Shown here: positions 55,448 to 64,000 of the stretch, piece after piece | Position numbering within the stretch: position 1 is the stretch's first letter | Layout: each line of letters begins with the position of its first letter | Virus record (IMG/VR): IMGVR_UViG_3300037882_000231 | Coordinates: 699-64,698 of that record | Source of the DNA: a virus | Taxonomy: Duplodnaviria > Caudoviricetes | Reading direction: 5' to 3' (one strand) | DNA: 64,000 nt | Translations under genes and position numbers: made by a program | Notes under the pieces: generated by a model | Told to the model about the DNA's origin: nothing | Database searches by the model: none | The model's input: only the letters and a program-made list of their open reading frames with translations

Positions 55448-56194
55448 TTAGGAAACGGTAAGTTCGGTCCAAGTGTTCGGAACTGTCACGGCATTGTCAG
55501 TAATGGCGAATGAAGCGAGCGTATCTGTCAATACCAGTGTCGAATCTGGCTTTCTGTAGGCTATTTTTGCTTGAAGTGATACATCATTTACCGTCATGAC
55601 GATGGGAGCAACGGATACATGTGAGACTACCCCTGACCCTGTAATTGTCAATGGTGGATTCCTGACTGAGCCGAATGTGATGGTAACCAGTCTTGGGAAT
55701 GGGAACTTCTGTGTACCACTCCATACCGCCCCGTTGATGTAGGTTGTTGTGCCGCTATTTGCGACAGTGCTAGAGATTCCAGTCGTGCTGATTGTCGCTG
55801 TTCCGCCACCGGCTGAGATCGTAAATGAGGCAGACGTTGGCTTAACGAGCAACGTTACACTACCAATACTTGGTTGAGGATCGGCAACTTGCGCCTCGGT
55901 GAAGGTGTCGTTTGCATCAAACTCAATTGATCCACCACTCAGGGTTAGCCCGCCTTCCGTACAGTGCATCAGTAGAGGCCTATTGCGCGGATAAAGAAGA
56001 ATATTCTGGGCTCCAATTGGATGCTCACCCTCAAAGGACGAAATGCCGTTTGTCTCAGATGATAAAACTCTCGCCTGAATTGTCCTAATTTCGTTCCTGT
56101 CACCATCAAACCTAGACTTCAACGGTACGGTAACCTGCCAGTTGGAGTAGGTAGTTGATCCGTGCGCTAGGGAAGATGAAATGAAGTACGTCAC
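55448..56194 (-). CDS. hypothetical virion-associated beta-rich protein
   Basis: 248-aa Thr/Ser-rich ORF, coupled. Confidence 0.65.
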   Translation of the reverse strand: MTYFISSSLAHGSTTYSNWQVTVPLKSRFDGDRNEIRTIQARVLSSETNGISSFEGEHPIGAQNILLYPRNRPLLMHCTEGGLTLSGGSIEFDANDTFTEAQVADPQPSIGSVTLLVKPTSASFTISAGGGTATISTTGISSTVANSGTTTYINGAVWSGTQKFPFPRLVTITFGSVRNPPLTITGSGVVSHVSVAPIVMTVNDVSLQAKIAYRKPDSTLVLTDTLASFAITDNAVTVPNTWTELTVS

Positions 56195-57648
56195 GTTGTC
56201 ACCACCTCTGTAATTGTTCCATTTGGCTTACCATCAATGTAAAGCACTGGCTTCCTGGCGGGCTGCGTCACACTGGCTGGAACCATAACATCAATCTTTA
56301 TATACCCCTCTGCGCGCACCGGAACGTCCTCGGTTGAGCCAGTGTAGTATGTGTGTGGACCATACTCTGTGTCGGAAGTAACAGCATCACTGTAATCAAA
56401 CACTCTAAGAACCCAGTTCCAGGCCGCTCTGTTTGCATGATACGAGACCGCATTAATCGCTGGCAACGTGTTTACAAGGGTTCCACCAAAAGTAACCGAG
56501 TAGTTAGATGGATCAAAGTCGATATCAATTGGGTTGTAGTTTCCAGTGTTATTTGAGTTATAGAAGTTCGTTTCGTCCCAGGCGAAACCAGGCCACAGCA
56601 CCGTGCCGCCTGCGACTGTCGAAGATGGGCTTCCGTAAAAACTCCATGCAGAGATGTCATTTCCGTTACCATCTAGCATGAAGGCCTTTCTGTATGCTTG
56701 GAGCGTACTGTCTGACATAGCCACAACAGCAAACTCATCATAACCCGGTGAATGCGGCTTGAGGTGAACTAAACATCGCTCTACACCTGTAGCGGCAAAG
56801 GCGAACCTTGCCTTAACTGAACCACCTACAGATGAAGAAAAGTCAGAAAGCCTTGGGATAGTAAATGAATTATCGTCTGTGCTGTAAACTTCTGGTGCCT
56901 TTAGATCGAGGCCTAGGGTCCTATCACCAAACCTGACGTTCTTGGCATTGAACTCTCTCCACTCCGTGCTAGCCGGGATTGACAGAGCCATTGCATAGTC
57001 CTGAATAGAATCATAGATTTCATAGTTCCTAGAGTCAAATGCCATCTCATAGTCTGGCGCACCCATAAAAGCCTCAGTAAACTGAATCTGCAACTCCCTT
57101 TCCGTCAGGGCCTTTTCGTAGAAGCAGAACCCGCCAAGGACTATCGTTGCATTAGTCTCAGATGCTACTGAGAAGGCTGTGAGTGCGGAGAATGTTTCAG
57201 TTGGTGCCGCTCCGCTGGCGCGCAGTGAGCCATCAGCATAAACTTGGTACCCACCTGACGTTGCCACAATAGCGATCTGCGTTGCGTTTTCCATTTGTGT
57301 ATCAAACCTGGCAACGACATTGGTTGAGTAAGGAACTGTTACGGTACAGAACCCTAGGGGGTCGTAGGCGATCAGCGGGCTGCCTCCTACGCGCGCGACA
57401 GTCGCTGCTGCCGTAGAAGAAAAGTGAATGTAGAAAACGGCTGTCCATGATGACATCCCTGCCAAACTTGGCACAGTTAGTGAATGCGAGTGGCCTCCAC
57501 CAGACTCAAATAGATATGAAAAATCAGACCCTGATACAATCGGGTCAATTGTCACGGCGGTAGGTGTCGAAGTCGCACCAGTAATGTACTCTTTACCGTT
57601 TACGAAAGCAACCTTGGCTCCCAGAATTGCCCTGTCAATGAGAGCCAT
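56191..57648 (-). CDS. LamG/concanavalin-like domain virion protein
   Basis: SWT..F......YQVYADG....FYEKALT..E. Confidence 0.65.
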   Translation of the reverse strand: MALIDRAILGAKVAFVNGKEYITGATSTPTAVTIDPIVSGSDFSYLFESGGGHSHSLTVPSLAGMSSWTAVFYIHFSSTAAATVARVGGSPLIAYDPLGFCTVTVPYSTNVVARFDTQMENATQIAIVATSGGYQVYADGSLRASGAAPTETFSALTAFSVASETNATIVLGGFCFYEKALTERELQIQFTEAFMGAPDYEMAFDSRNYEIYDSIQDYAMALSIPASTEWREFNAKNVRFGDRTLGLDLKAPEVYSTDDNSFTIPRLSDFSSSVGGSVKARFAFAATGVERCLVHLKPHSPGYDEFAVVAMSDSTLQAYRKAFMLDGNGNDISAWSFYGSPSSTVAGGTVLWPGFAWDETNFYNSNNTGNYNPIDIDFDPSNYSVTFGGTLVNTLPAINAVSYHANRAAWNWVLRVFDYSDAVTSDTEYGPHTYYTGSTEDVPVRAEGYIKIDVMVPASVTQPARKPVLYIDGKPNGTITEVVTT

Positions 57649-57653
57649 ATTGG

Positions 57654-58004
57654 TTACTCCCCAGCGACAAAGGCCGCTACGGCTTCGGTGTATACGCCAT
57701 CAGCAGCCGAACCACCAAGGCCCATACGGTACTGTGCGTTAACAACGGCCTGCTTAGTAGCAGCATCAAATACGCCAGTCACCTCGACGCCTAGTGCCCT
57801 CTGTGCGTCCTCAACCGCTGGCCCGGTGTCCTTGTAGCGAAGCACATTATCAGAAACCTCTACGGCCTGCTGTGCTGCGACGGCGATCTTTTGACCAACC
57901 GCCTCTACGTCTGTCTCGACCGCCGGGTTACCCTCGGCTACGAAGTCAGCAACCTCTGTCTGCTCACCGGCAGACCTCAATCCTCTTGCCATGTTATCCT
58001 CCAT
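57654..58004 (-). CDS. stand-alone peptidoglycan-binding domain protein
   Basis: L...DTGPAV..AQRALG...TG.FD..T..AV...Q...GL....DG (PG_binding_1). Confidence 0.8.
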   Translation of the reverse strand: MEDNMARGLRSAGEQTEVADFVAEGNPAVETDVEAVGQKIAVAAQQAVEVSDNVLRYKDTGPAVEDAQRALGVEVTGVFDAATKQAVVNAQYRMGLGGSAADGVYTEAVAAFVAGE

Positions 58005-58021
58005 AAGTAGATTCTACCACA

Positions 58022-58303
58022 TCAAAGACCGAAGGGTAGGTGAAACAGAAGCCAGATGAGTACCGCACCGACCACAGACTTCCAGGCAATATTCCAGAAC
58101 ATACTCTTAGAGAGTGTTCCCAACTGAATTTGCTCAGATAGCGTATCGTCGTCCTCTTCATGGACAACGGTAATAGCCTCTAGTCCAGCGAACATCAATC
58201 CCCAGCCTAGCCACATAACGAAAAACTCATCCGTCAGGATGCCAAGCATGACCACAATAAAGGCGAGTGACGCAACCACTGCCAGTGCCTTTTTCTTAGT
58301 CAT
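58022..58303 (-). CDS. small membrane protein (about 3 TM, holin-like)
   Basis: three hydrophobic segments, DTLSE loop. Confidence 0.65.
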   Translation of the reverse strand: MTKKKALAVVASLAFIVVMLGILTDEFFVMWLGWGLMFAGLEAITVVHEEDDDTLSEQIQLGTLSKSMFWNIAWKSVVGAVLIWLLFHLPFGL

Positions 58304-59313
58304 CGATACCTCAAGATTCTTTCAAAGTAGTCCTCATACATCTTAGCACATGTATCCGTAGACCATTTCGCTTGTGCATACTCTCGTATCGCCTGATTAT
58401 CCAACTCCTCGACCTGGCCGAGTCTTTCAACGAATTCATCTACAGAGATGCATCGGTACCCATTGAAGCCGTTGATAACAGTCTCAGTAAAAACGCCCCA
58501 GTCTGTCGTCAAAACTGGTGTTCCACATAGTTGCGCCTCGACATGGACCCCTCCGAATGGCTCGATATACGTTGTGGGCACCATTACAGCCATTGCGCCC
58601 GACATGAGCCTACCTCTCTCTTCCGGTCCTACGACACCTACATACTCACCGTACTCTGGGGGAGCCCCCTGCCCACCGGCAATCTTTAACTTCAATCCTG
58701 CGCGCTCGCACGCAAGTGCTGCCGTATAAATGCCCTTTCTCTCGATTAGGCGACCCATGTAAAGGACATATTTCTCATCACCTTCATTGTGCGGAGGAAA
58801 ATCTTCGGTCTCAAAGTAGTTTGGAATAACTGTATCGGTCCATGATCCATTCGCAGCATACGCACCTTGGCGCTCGCCATACACTGTGTGCATCCAGGCG
58901 TAAGACTCAAACACCTTGTAGTCAGAGTAAACACCAGCGTATCCGATGCCGAACTCTACAGAGATGTTGTTCGGGAAGGCGTCAGAGACAGGCTTCTGTG
59001 TCGTTCCACCGATGATGCAAATTATGTCATCAGGCTCTACTCTGTCTCGCATGTACTCAATCGCTCGCGCGTTGAACGAGGCAAACAGCGGGTCATTGTG
59101 ATCCCAAACAGGCTGTTCCGGCTGGCCCTCCTTCTCGACACAGGTGAGTAACTCATTAACCCGCGCCTCGTTCTCTTCCGATGCATACAGGAACACCATG
59201 TGACCACGATCTGTCATCATATTGCAAAACTTGCGTACCTTCTCGGTGTACGCACACCAAGAGTATTCCTTTGTCGTCTGTGTGTGAGGTAGCGATATCA
59301 CATGAAGTCTCAT
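58300..59313 (-). CDS. glycosyltransferase family 4 (GT-B)
   Basis: LYMGR....KG, PT.YIEPFG.V..EA..CGTPV..TD.G...E.V..G..G. Confidence 0.9.
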   Translation of the reverse strand: MRLHVISLPHTQTTKEYSWCAYTEKVRKFCNMMTDRGHMVFLYASEENEARVNELLTCVEKEGQPEQPVWDHNDPLFASFNARAIEYMRDRVEPDDIICIIGGTTQKPVSDAFPNNISVEFGIGYAGVYSDYKVFESYAWMHTVYGERQGAYAANGSWTDTVIPNYFETEDFPPHNEGDEKYVLYMGRLIERKGIYTAALACERAGLKLKIAGGQGAPPEYGEYVGVVGPEERGRLMSGAMAVMVPTTYIEPFGGVHVEAQLCGTPVLTTDWGVFTETVINGFNGYRCISVDEFVERLGQVEELDNQAIREYAQAKWSTDTCAKMYEDYFERILRYR

Positions 59314-59330
59314 GAGTCCATTGTATCAGA

Positions 59331-62261
59331 CTATGTGAGGGATTTTGTCATGTTAGTCAGCGTAACCTGTGAGAAGTCTATATCTGGACACGAACCGGAC
59401 TGTGTTCCTAAATAAACCTTAACTCCTGTGGCCCCAGCAGGAACGTTGAACGCCATGTAGAAGGACCAAACATTCGGAACGACAGGACTTACCGTAGAAA
59501 TATCCCAATTGTTAATTGCAGATGCGTAAGTTCCTGCTCCGACAAACTCCACAGAAACGTAATACTGCATCCCACTCACCCATGCTCCAGTTCTAAAGTT
59601 TCCAGTCAGGGTCATTGCATCGCCAACGGCAACCTTAGCCCCAATTGGAACGGTTTGCGAGAGTGACCTTGCGCTAGCGGTGGCTGGAAATCTAACCCAA
59701 TTACCCTTTGAGGCTGTGTCGTCAATGACGGATGGTGAACCGGTACCGGTATACGTCCAACCTGTCGGAACTACCGCCCCCGGCCCATTTGAAGCAAAAA
59801 CTCCATTTGTTAGGGTATTTGTAACGTCTGTATTATCAACAGCCATCTGTGGTAGGTAAGATTCAAGGACACTGCTCAAAACTGGGGCGGCGGCTTCTGC
59901 AAGGAGCAGGGCTCCATAGGTAGTTGGGTGAACTCCGTCTGATACTGAAAACTCAGTCCACTCGCCATTGGATGGCTGCGCTATTGCCTTATACATGTCA
60001 ATAAGTGGTAGGCCTTGCGCGGCTGCATAATTCCTGATCCAGGCGTTCCACTTCTGAACATTCGACTTCAATCCTGCTGGGATGGCGAATCCAGCAGACG
60101 GCGGCATCGTACAAAGAATTGGTGTGGCGCCAATAGCCCTTGTCATTGATACAAGTGTAGCCATCCTTGACTGGTACTGAGCGTATGTCGGTCCCGGTGG
60201 CTGCGCGCCTTGATCATAGGATGCCACATTCATATCATTAAGATTTGCATCATTAGTTCCCAGCGCGATGACAACAGCGGTTGGGTTGTATGGAGTTACG
60301 TCTGTGGAGAACCTTGTAATTGCTCCTGCTGTTGTGTCTCCAGAAATACCACTGTTCTTCACAAAAAGAGCCTTTTGTCCAGTCATAGCACATGCCAGTG
60401 CAGGCCAATTAACGACAAGGTTGTTCATCGACTGAGTGCCGCCGTCCCAGTGTCCAGGCGTCACGGTAATGGAGTCGCCCAAAAAGACAACACGATTGCC
60501 ACTTGTTTGACGGCCAGCGGAGCCCACTCCTGATGCTCCAGTTGCTCCAACAGCACCGGTTGCCCCGACGAGTCCAACTCCTGCCGCGCCCGTCGCGCCA
60601 GTCTGACCAGTTGGGCCGGTAGCACCCTGCACCCCCTGAGACCCAGACCCTCTCCTTACGACTGCATTTGATAGAGTCTGTGCTAGCCTCTCGCCAAGGT
60701 AACCCTGTCCCGGTATGTTTGGATGCACGCCATCCGTTGAAATAAAGTAGTCGTTGTTTCCATCATATACCGGTGCTCCCTCTCTTCCAGAGCCAAACAA
60801 CCACCACTGTTCGATATACGTCATTCCATTTGCGTTTGCAGCGGTCTGCAAGTATGAGTTCATTGTGCCAACTTGACTCCAGTTTACGTCAGATGGTGTA
60901 AATACGCTTAGAACATAGTGCTTAGCACTTGGAAGAAATGCCTTTGATGTTGCCATGGTCGCGTTGACTTGTGTCTGAACACCCGCAAGGCCTGACACCA
61001 TTGAAACATCATTATACCCCATGGCAAATACAACAATATCTGGATTTAGATTAGCAACGTCTGTAACATAGTCTGTAAGAACATTTGGTGCTTGCCCATA
61101 GTTGTCTGCAACGAAGCCTTGGCCTCCTACTGAGTGTGTGTGAACATTCCATCCAAGGAGTCTCGCTGCTACCTGCGGAAAGGCGTCCCAGTACCAAGTA
61201 GGCCCTGTAACCGCGCCGAACCCTGCCGAAAAGTATCCGCCAGAACCAAATGAGTCTGTAACAACAACCGTTTTTGGACCTGTAATCCTAGATGACTTCC
61301 AAACGGTATGCGTTGACAACTTCCTCACACCACAGAAAGCCAATTGCTGACCCTCTACCCTAATTGTTCTTTGCTTCTTGGAGCCGAACGTGATCCTTTG
61401 ATAGATTGCTGTATTGCTTGCAAGACCAGAAACCACCTTCCTATTCCAGTCTAGCATTTCGTCATCAACCCAAACACGGTAAGCAATTTCAGTCGTTGAC
61501 GTTCCAATTGTCGCCATCATTAGTTCTAGGTCAGTCGCATCCGTCTGAAACTCGACATTTATCATGTATCCAACTTGTCCACCATTGTGTAGAGTAGACA
61601 TATCTTGGCGCTTACTGTTCGTAAATCCGCCAGCAGTTACCGTTTCGTACTTAGCACTCAGATAGAGAAAAGCGTCATTGGTGGCTTCTACGCGCGTAGC
61701 GGAGCCAATCGCTGTTGATGTCGAAAACGCTGGAAAGGCGGATGACGTATTGTTTACAGTGCCAGTAGACCTAAGCCCATTTTGTAGAGTAGCCTGTAGG
61801 CCAACGTCTGTCCCTGTGCCTGCCGGTCCTGTAGCGCCTGTGTTTCCAGTGTGCCCCTGAGGTCCTGTGGCTCCGTCTGCACCCTTTAGGTAACCAACTG
61901 AATACCAAGCACCAGACGACTTAGCCCATGTGTAGCCAGAGGCATTGTTGTAATAGAGGTCACCATCAACACCCCATGCATCATCAGGGTCAGTTGCTCC
62001 GTACAGCCAAGTCCTGCCGTCTGTTCCAGCAACGCCAGTGGCACCAGCCGCTCCAGTTACCCCATCGCTTCCAGCAACGCCGGAACTGCCAGTAGCACCA
62101 ACACTCCCCGTCGCTCCAGCGACACCCGTTGCTCCAACCGGGCCGGTAGCACCAGACGGACCCTGAGGGCCAGTCGCTCCATCTTGTACCTCGACTTGAT
62201 CTGTCGATGGTGGCTGAGTCTGAACGACATATGCATTTTTGCGATATGGGCTGCTAGCCAT
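59331..62261 (-). CDS. collagen-repeat protein with two SGNH/GDSL hydrolase domains and a C-terminal CBM-like domain
   Basis: (GAT-GXX)n tracts; SGNH1 TDSFG/GYND/DGVHP; SGNH2 GDSIT/GISG/GTND/DGVHP. Confidence 0.85.
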   Translation of the reverse strand: MASSPYRKNAYVVQTQPPSTDQVEVQDGATGPQGPSGATGPVGATGVAGATGSVGATGSSGVAGSDGVTGAAGATGVAGTDGRTWLYGATDPDDAWGVDGDLYYNNASGYTWAKSSGAWYSVGYLKGADGATGPQGHTGNTGATGPAGTGTDVGLQATLQNGLRSTGTVNNTSSAFPAFSTSTAIGSATRVEATNDAFLYLSAKYETVTAGGFTNSKRQDMSTLHNGGQVGYMINVEFQTDATDLELMMATIGTSTTEIAYRVWVDDEMLDWNRKVVSGLASNTAIYQRITFGSKKQRTIRVEGQQLAFCGVRKLSTHTVWKSSRITGPKTVVVTDSFGSGGYFSAGFGAVTGPTWYWDAFPQVAARLLGWNVHTHSVGGQGFVADNYGQAPNVLTDYVTDVANLNPDIVVFAMGYNDVSMVSGLAGVQTQVNATMATSKAFLPSAKHYVLSVFTPSDVNWSQVGTMNSYLQTAANANGMTYIEQWWLFGSGREGAPVYDGNNDYFISTDGVHPNIPGQGYLGERLAQTLSNAVVRRGSGSQGVQGATGPTGQTGATGAAGVGLVGATGAVGATGASGVGSAGRQTSGNRVVFLGDSITVTPGHWDGGTQSMNNLVVNWPALACAMTGQKALFVKNSGISGDTTAGAITRFSTDVTPYNPTAVVIALGTNDANLNDMNVASYDQGAQPPGPTYAQYQSRMATLVSMTRAIGATPILCTMPPSAGFAIPAGLKSNVQKWNAWIRNYAAAQGLPLIDMYKAIAQPSNGEWTEFSVSDGVHPTTYGALLLAEAAAPVLSSVLESYLPQMAVDNTDVTNTLTNGVFASNGPGAVVPTGWTYTGTGSPSVIDDTASKGNWVRFPATASARSLSQTVPIGAKVAVGDAMTLTGNFRTGAWVSGMQYYVSVEFVGAGTYASAINNWDISTVSPVVPNVWSFYMAFNVPAGATGVKVYLGTQSGSCPDIDFSQVTLTNMTKSLT

Positions 62262-62899
62262 TAAATCCCCGCTGCTGTCAGCCTTGCCTGAATCTGCGCC
62301 AAAGCGGTTGCGTTCTGAACATGGGCTCCATAGAGAACCTGCAATACTCTGGAAATTACCTGAACAACTTCCCTTACGGCAAGTAGATCATCAGAAGAAT
62401 ACTCCACCTCAGCAAAACCAAACAACGCTGCCTGCGTATTGGTAAAGACTTCATTTGTGTACGCTGGCGAAGGATTTGCTGTTGCCACATAAGTGCGTAG
62501 GTCGTCAAGGGCTTGGTCTACCGCTGTCCTTGCCTCAACCACGCCTGGGGCTGGTGGTGCAGACATCATTGCAAAATCAATCTCTCTACTTACGTCATCG
62601 CCGACCTCAACTCCAGCAAAAGAATCAAAGTTTGCTGCTACAACTGTGGAGATTTGCTCATCTGTAACGTCAGATGGTTCACCACTAAAGTCATCAGGCA
62701 AACTCAGTGCTACAGCCCATGTAAACCTCTCAACGGCCTTGGATGGAAAAACCGAGATGTCGGTTGCAAGCGCGTTGCGCTTCATCCATCTAAAAGTTCC
62801 ATCGTCACCGGTTGACAAAATACTATTTGCGCAAACAACTGATGCAAGTTGGCATCTGCCCTGAAACTCACCAACTCCTGTTAGTTCAACTCTATTCAT
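62261..62899 (-). CDS. hypothetical protein
   Basis: 212-aa coupled ORF with GGAGGAG RBS. Confidence 0.7.
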   Translation of the reverse strand: MNRVELTGVGEFQGRCQLASVVCANSILSTGDDGTFRWMKRNALATDISVFPSKAVERFTWAVALSLPDDFSGEPSDVTDEQISTVVAANFDSFAGVEVGDDVSREIDFAMMSAPPAPGVVEARTAVDQALDDLRTYVATANPSPAYTNEVFTNTQAALFGFAEVEYSSDDLLAVREVVQVISRVLQVLYGAHVQNATALAQIQARLTAAGI

Positions 62900-62900
62900 T

Positions 62901-63635
62901 TCAACTCCTCCCTATTGGTCCTACGAAAAATTTGTTCGATACCTCTGTTCTGTCAATCCATCCAGTGCTACTAACCCTAAGATCGTCAACCGCAAGCGTG
63001 CTATGTGGACCGCCCGATCCATACCATGCAGTAAGAACGTCCAGCGTGACCGGCGTACCATTACTATCAAAATACCAACTATCTCCATAGTTAATGGTTG
63101 CGAGCAAAGTTCCTGATGCGTTATACACCCTAGTATCTCCGAGGCGGAATTGTGAATTTCTTACAGTGACACCCTGCTGCGCTAATCTATACCATGCGTT
63201 TGCCGGAACAGACCCAGGGGAAGTGGAAGCATCAGAATTGTAATACTGCCACACTCCGCTCCAGAAGTTTAGGTGAATATTTTGAGTGAACAGATCGTAG
63301 GCGATCGAGTGGGAGATGTCAGAAGCATAGACTGTGTGCCAAGGCTGAGTGTATGTAAAGATAACACCATTCGCTCCAGCATAAAACCAAATATCAGCGT
63401 AATTAGAAGAAGTATGACTCCCAGTGGAATCAGTTAACTGCATCGAACCAGACACTGTATTTGCTGGTAGGCCTGTAATGTAGACTGAGTTCGTTCCAGA
63501 CTTTGCAGTATAGTTAGCATAGTATGTAGAGTTTTTCTTTAGTTTATAGTTTGTGTCTGGACCCGATGTCATTGCCAGGAATGCACCGCTTGATGCTGTT
63601 CCAGCATCATCCAATTCCCAACGATACTCAGCCAT
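62901..63635 (-). CDS. hypothetical beta-sandwich (lectin-like) virion protein
   Basis: aromatic/Ser/Thr-rich; ANAWYRL...VDDLRVS. Confidence 0.6.
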   Translation of the reverse strand: MAEYRWELDDAGTASSGAFLAMTSGPDTNYKLKKNSTYYANYTAKSGTNSVYITGLPANTVSGSMQLTDSTGSHTSSNYADIWFYAGANGVIFTYTQPWHTVYASDISHSIAYDLFTQNIHLNFWSGVWQYYNSDASTSPGSVPANAWYRLAQQGVTVRNSQFRLGDTRVYNASGTLLATINYGDSWYFDSNGTPVTLDVLTAWYGSGGPHSTLAVDDLRVSSTGWIDRTEVSNKFFVGPIGRS

Positions 63636-64000
63636 CAGTACATCCTAAGAGCGATTGTGAGTCCAGGGTGTGGGCTTCCAGATGGAATCGCTGTGATTCG
63701 GTAGGCAATTCTCTGGTTGGCTCCAATCGTTGGAAATCCACCGTTTGCCGCTGCGGTCCAAGTGGTTCCAACACCTTCAAATGCCCAGTGTGTGTATGTA
63801 GATGGCAGCGATGCATTTGCGGGATCATTGATATTCGACGGAACATTGAGGTTTCTCAACTGAACACTGGTTCCACCGGTACCTGTTCCAGCAGCGGGTG
63901 ATGTGAGAAGAATTGCTGACAAAACCATCGTTTCACCAATCGACGGGACGGCGGCGAGGCTGTCCGTAGAGATTACCGGAACGTTTCCGGTAATTGACCA
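63635..64000 (-). CDS. hypothetical virion-type protein, partial (5' end beyond window)
   Basis: frame of ORF 63635..63928 stays open to base 64000. Confidence 0.6.
   Translation of the reverse strand, partial: WSITGNVPVISTDSLAAVPSIGETMVLSAILLTSPAAGTGTGGTSVQLRNLNVPSNINDPANASLPSTYTHWAFEGVGTTWTAAANGGFPTIGANQRIAYRITAIPSGSPHPGLTIALRMY

Noticed and set aside
1-64000. Stop-codon reassignment
   Set aside because: Genes are full length under the standard code, and TAA, TAG and TGA all end genes at coupled boundaries

Overview
The whole window is one segment of a large tailed dsDNA phage (siphovirus type), with essentially every real gene on the minus strand. Gene content and order resemble large actinobacteriophages such as Streptomyces cluster BE/BK phages and their relatives; this is inferred from recognised gene families, not a database match. 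In transcription order (right to left) it holds: accessory virion/surface genes (collagen-repeat protein with two SGNH esterase domains, GT4 glycosyltransferase, membrane protein, stand-alone peptidoglycan-binding protein); portal, protease-scaffold, major capsid and head-tail joining genes; two tandem paralogous tail-tube genes; tail chaperones with a -1 frameshift; a 2288-aa tape measure; baseplate genes and a 3567-aa FN3/CBM tail adhesin; a replication/recombination block (HNH, metallophosphoesterase, endonuclease VII, DnaB, primase, SSB, DnaE, MazG-like, RecA, resolvases, Cas4-like nuclease); terminase subunits; and an RNA-related cluster (atypical tRNA-CAT, HAD phosphatase, KTSC-like, macrodomain, complete tmRNA). 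The most notable observations are an unannotated promoter-driven structured small RNA right after terL, the duplicated tail tube, apparently nested repeat domains in the giant tail protein, a tmRNA with a non-canonical 21-aa tag, helically phased repeats at the structural/replication boundary, and two promoter classes with many leaderless structural genes. All calls were made by eye and no searches were run.
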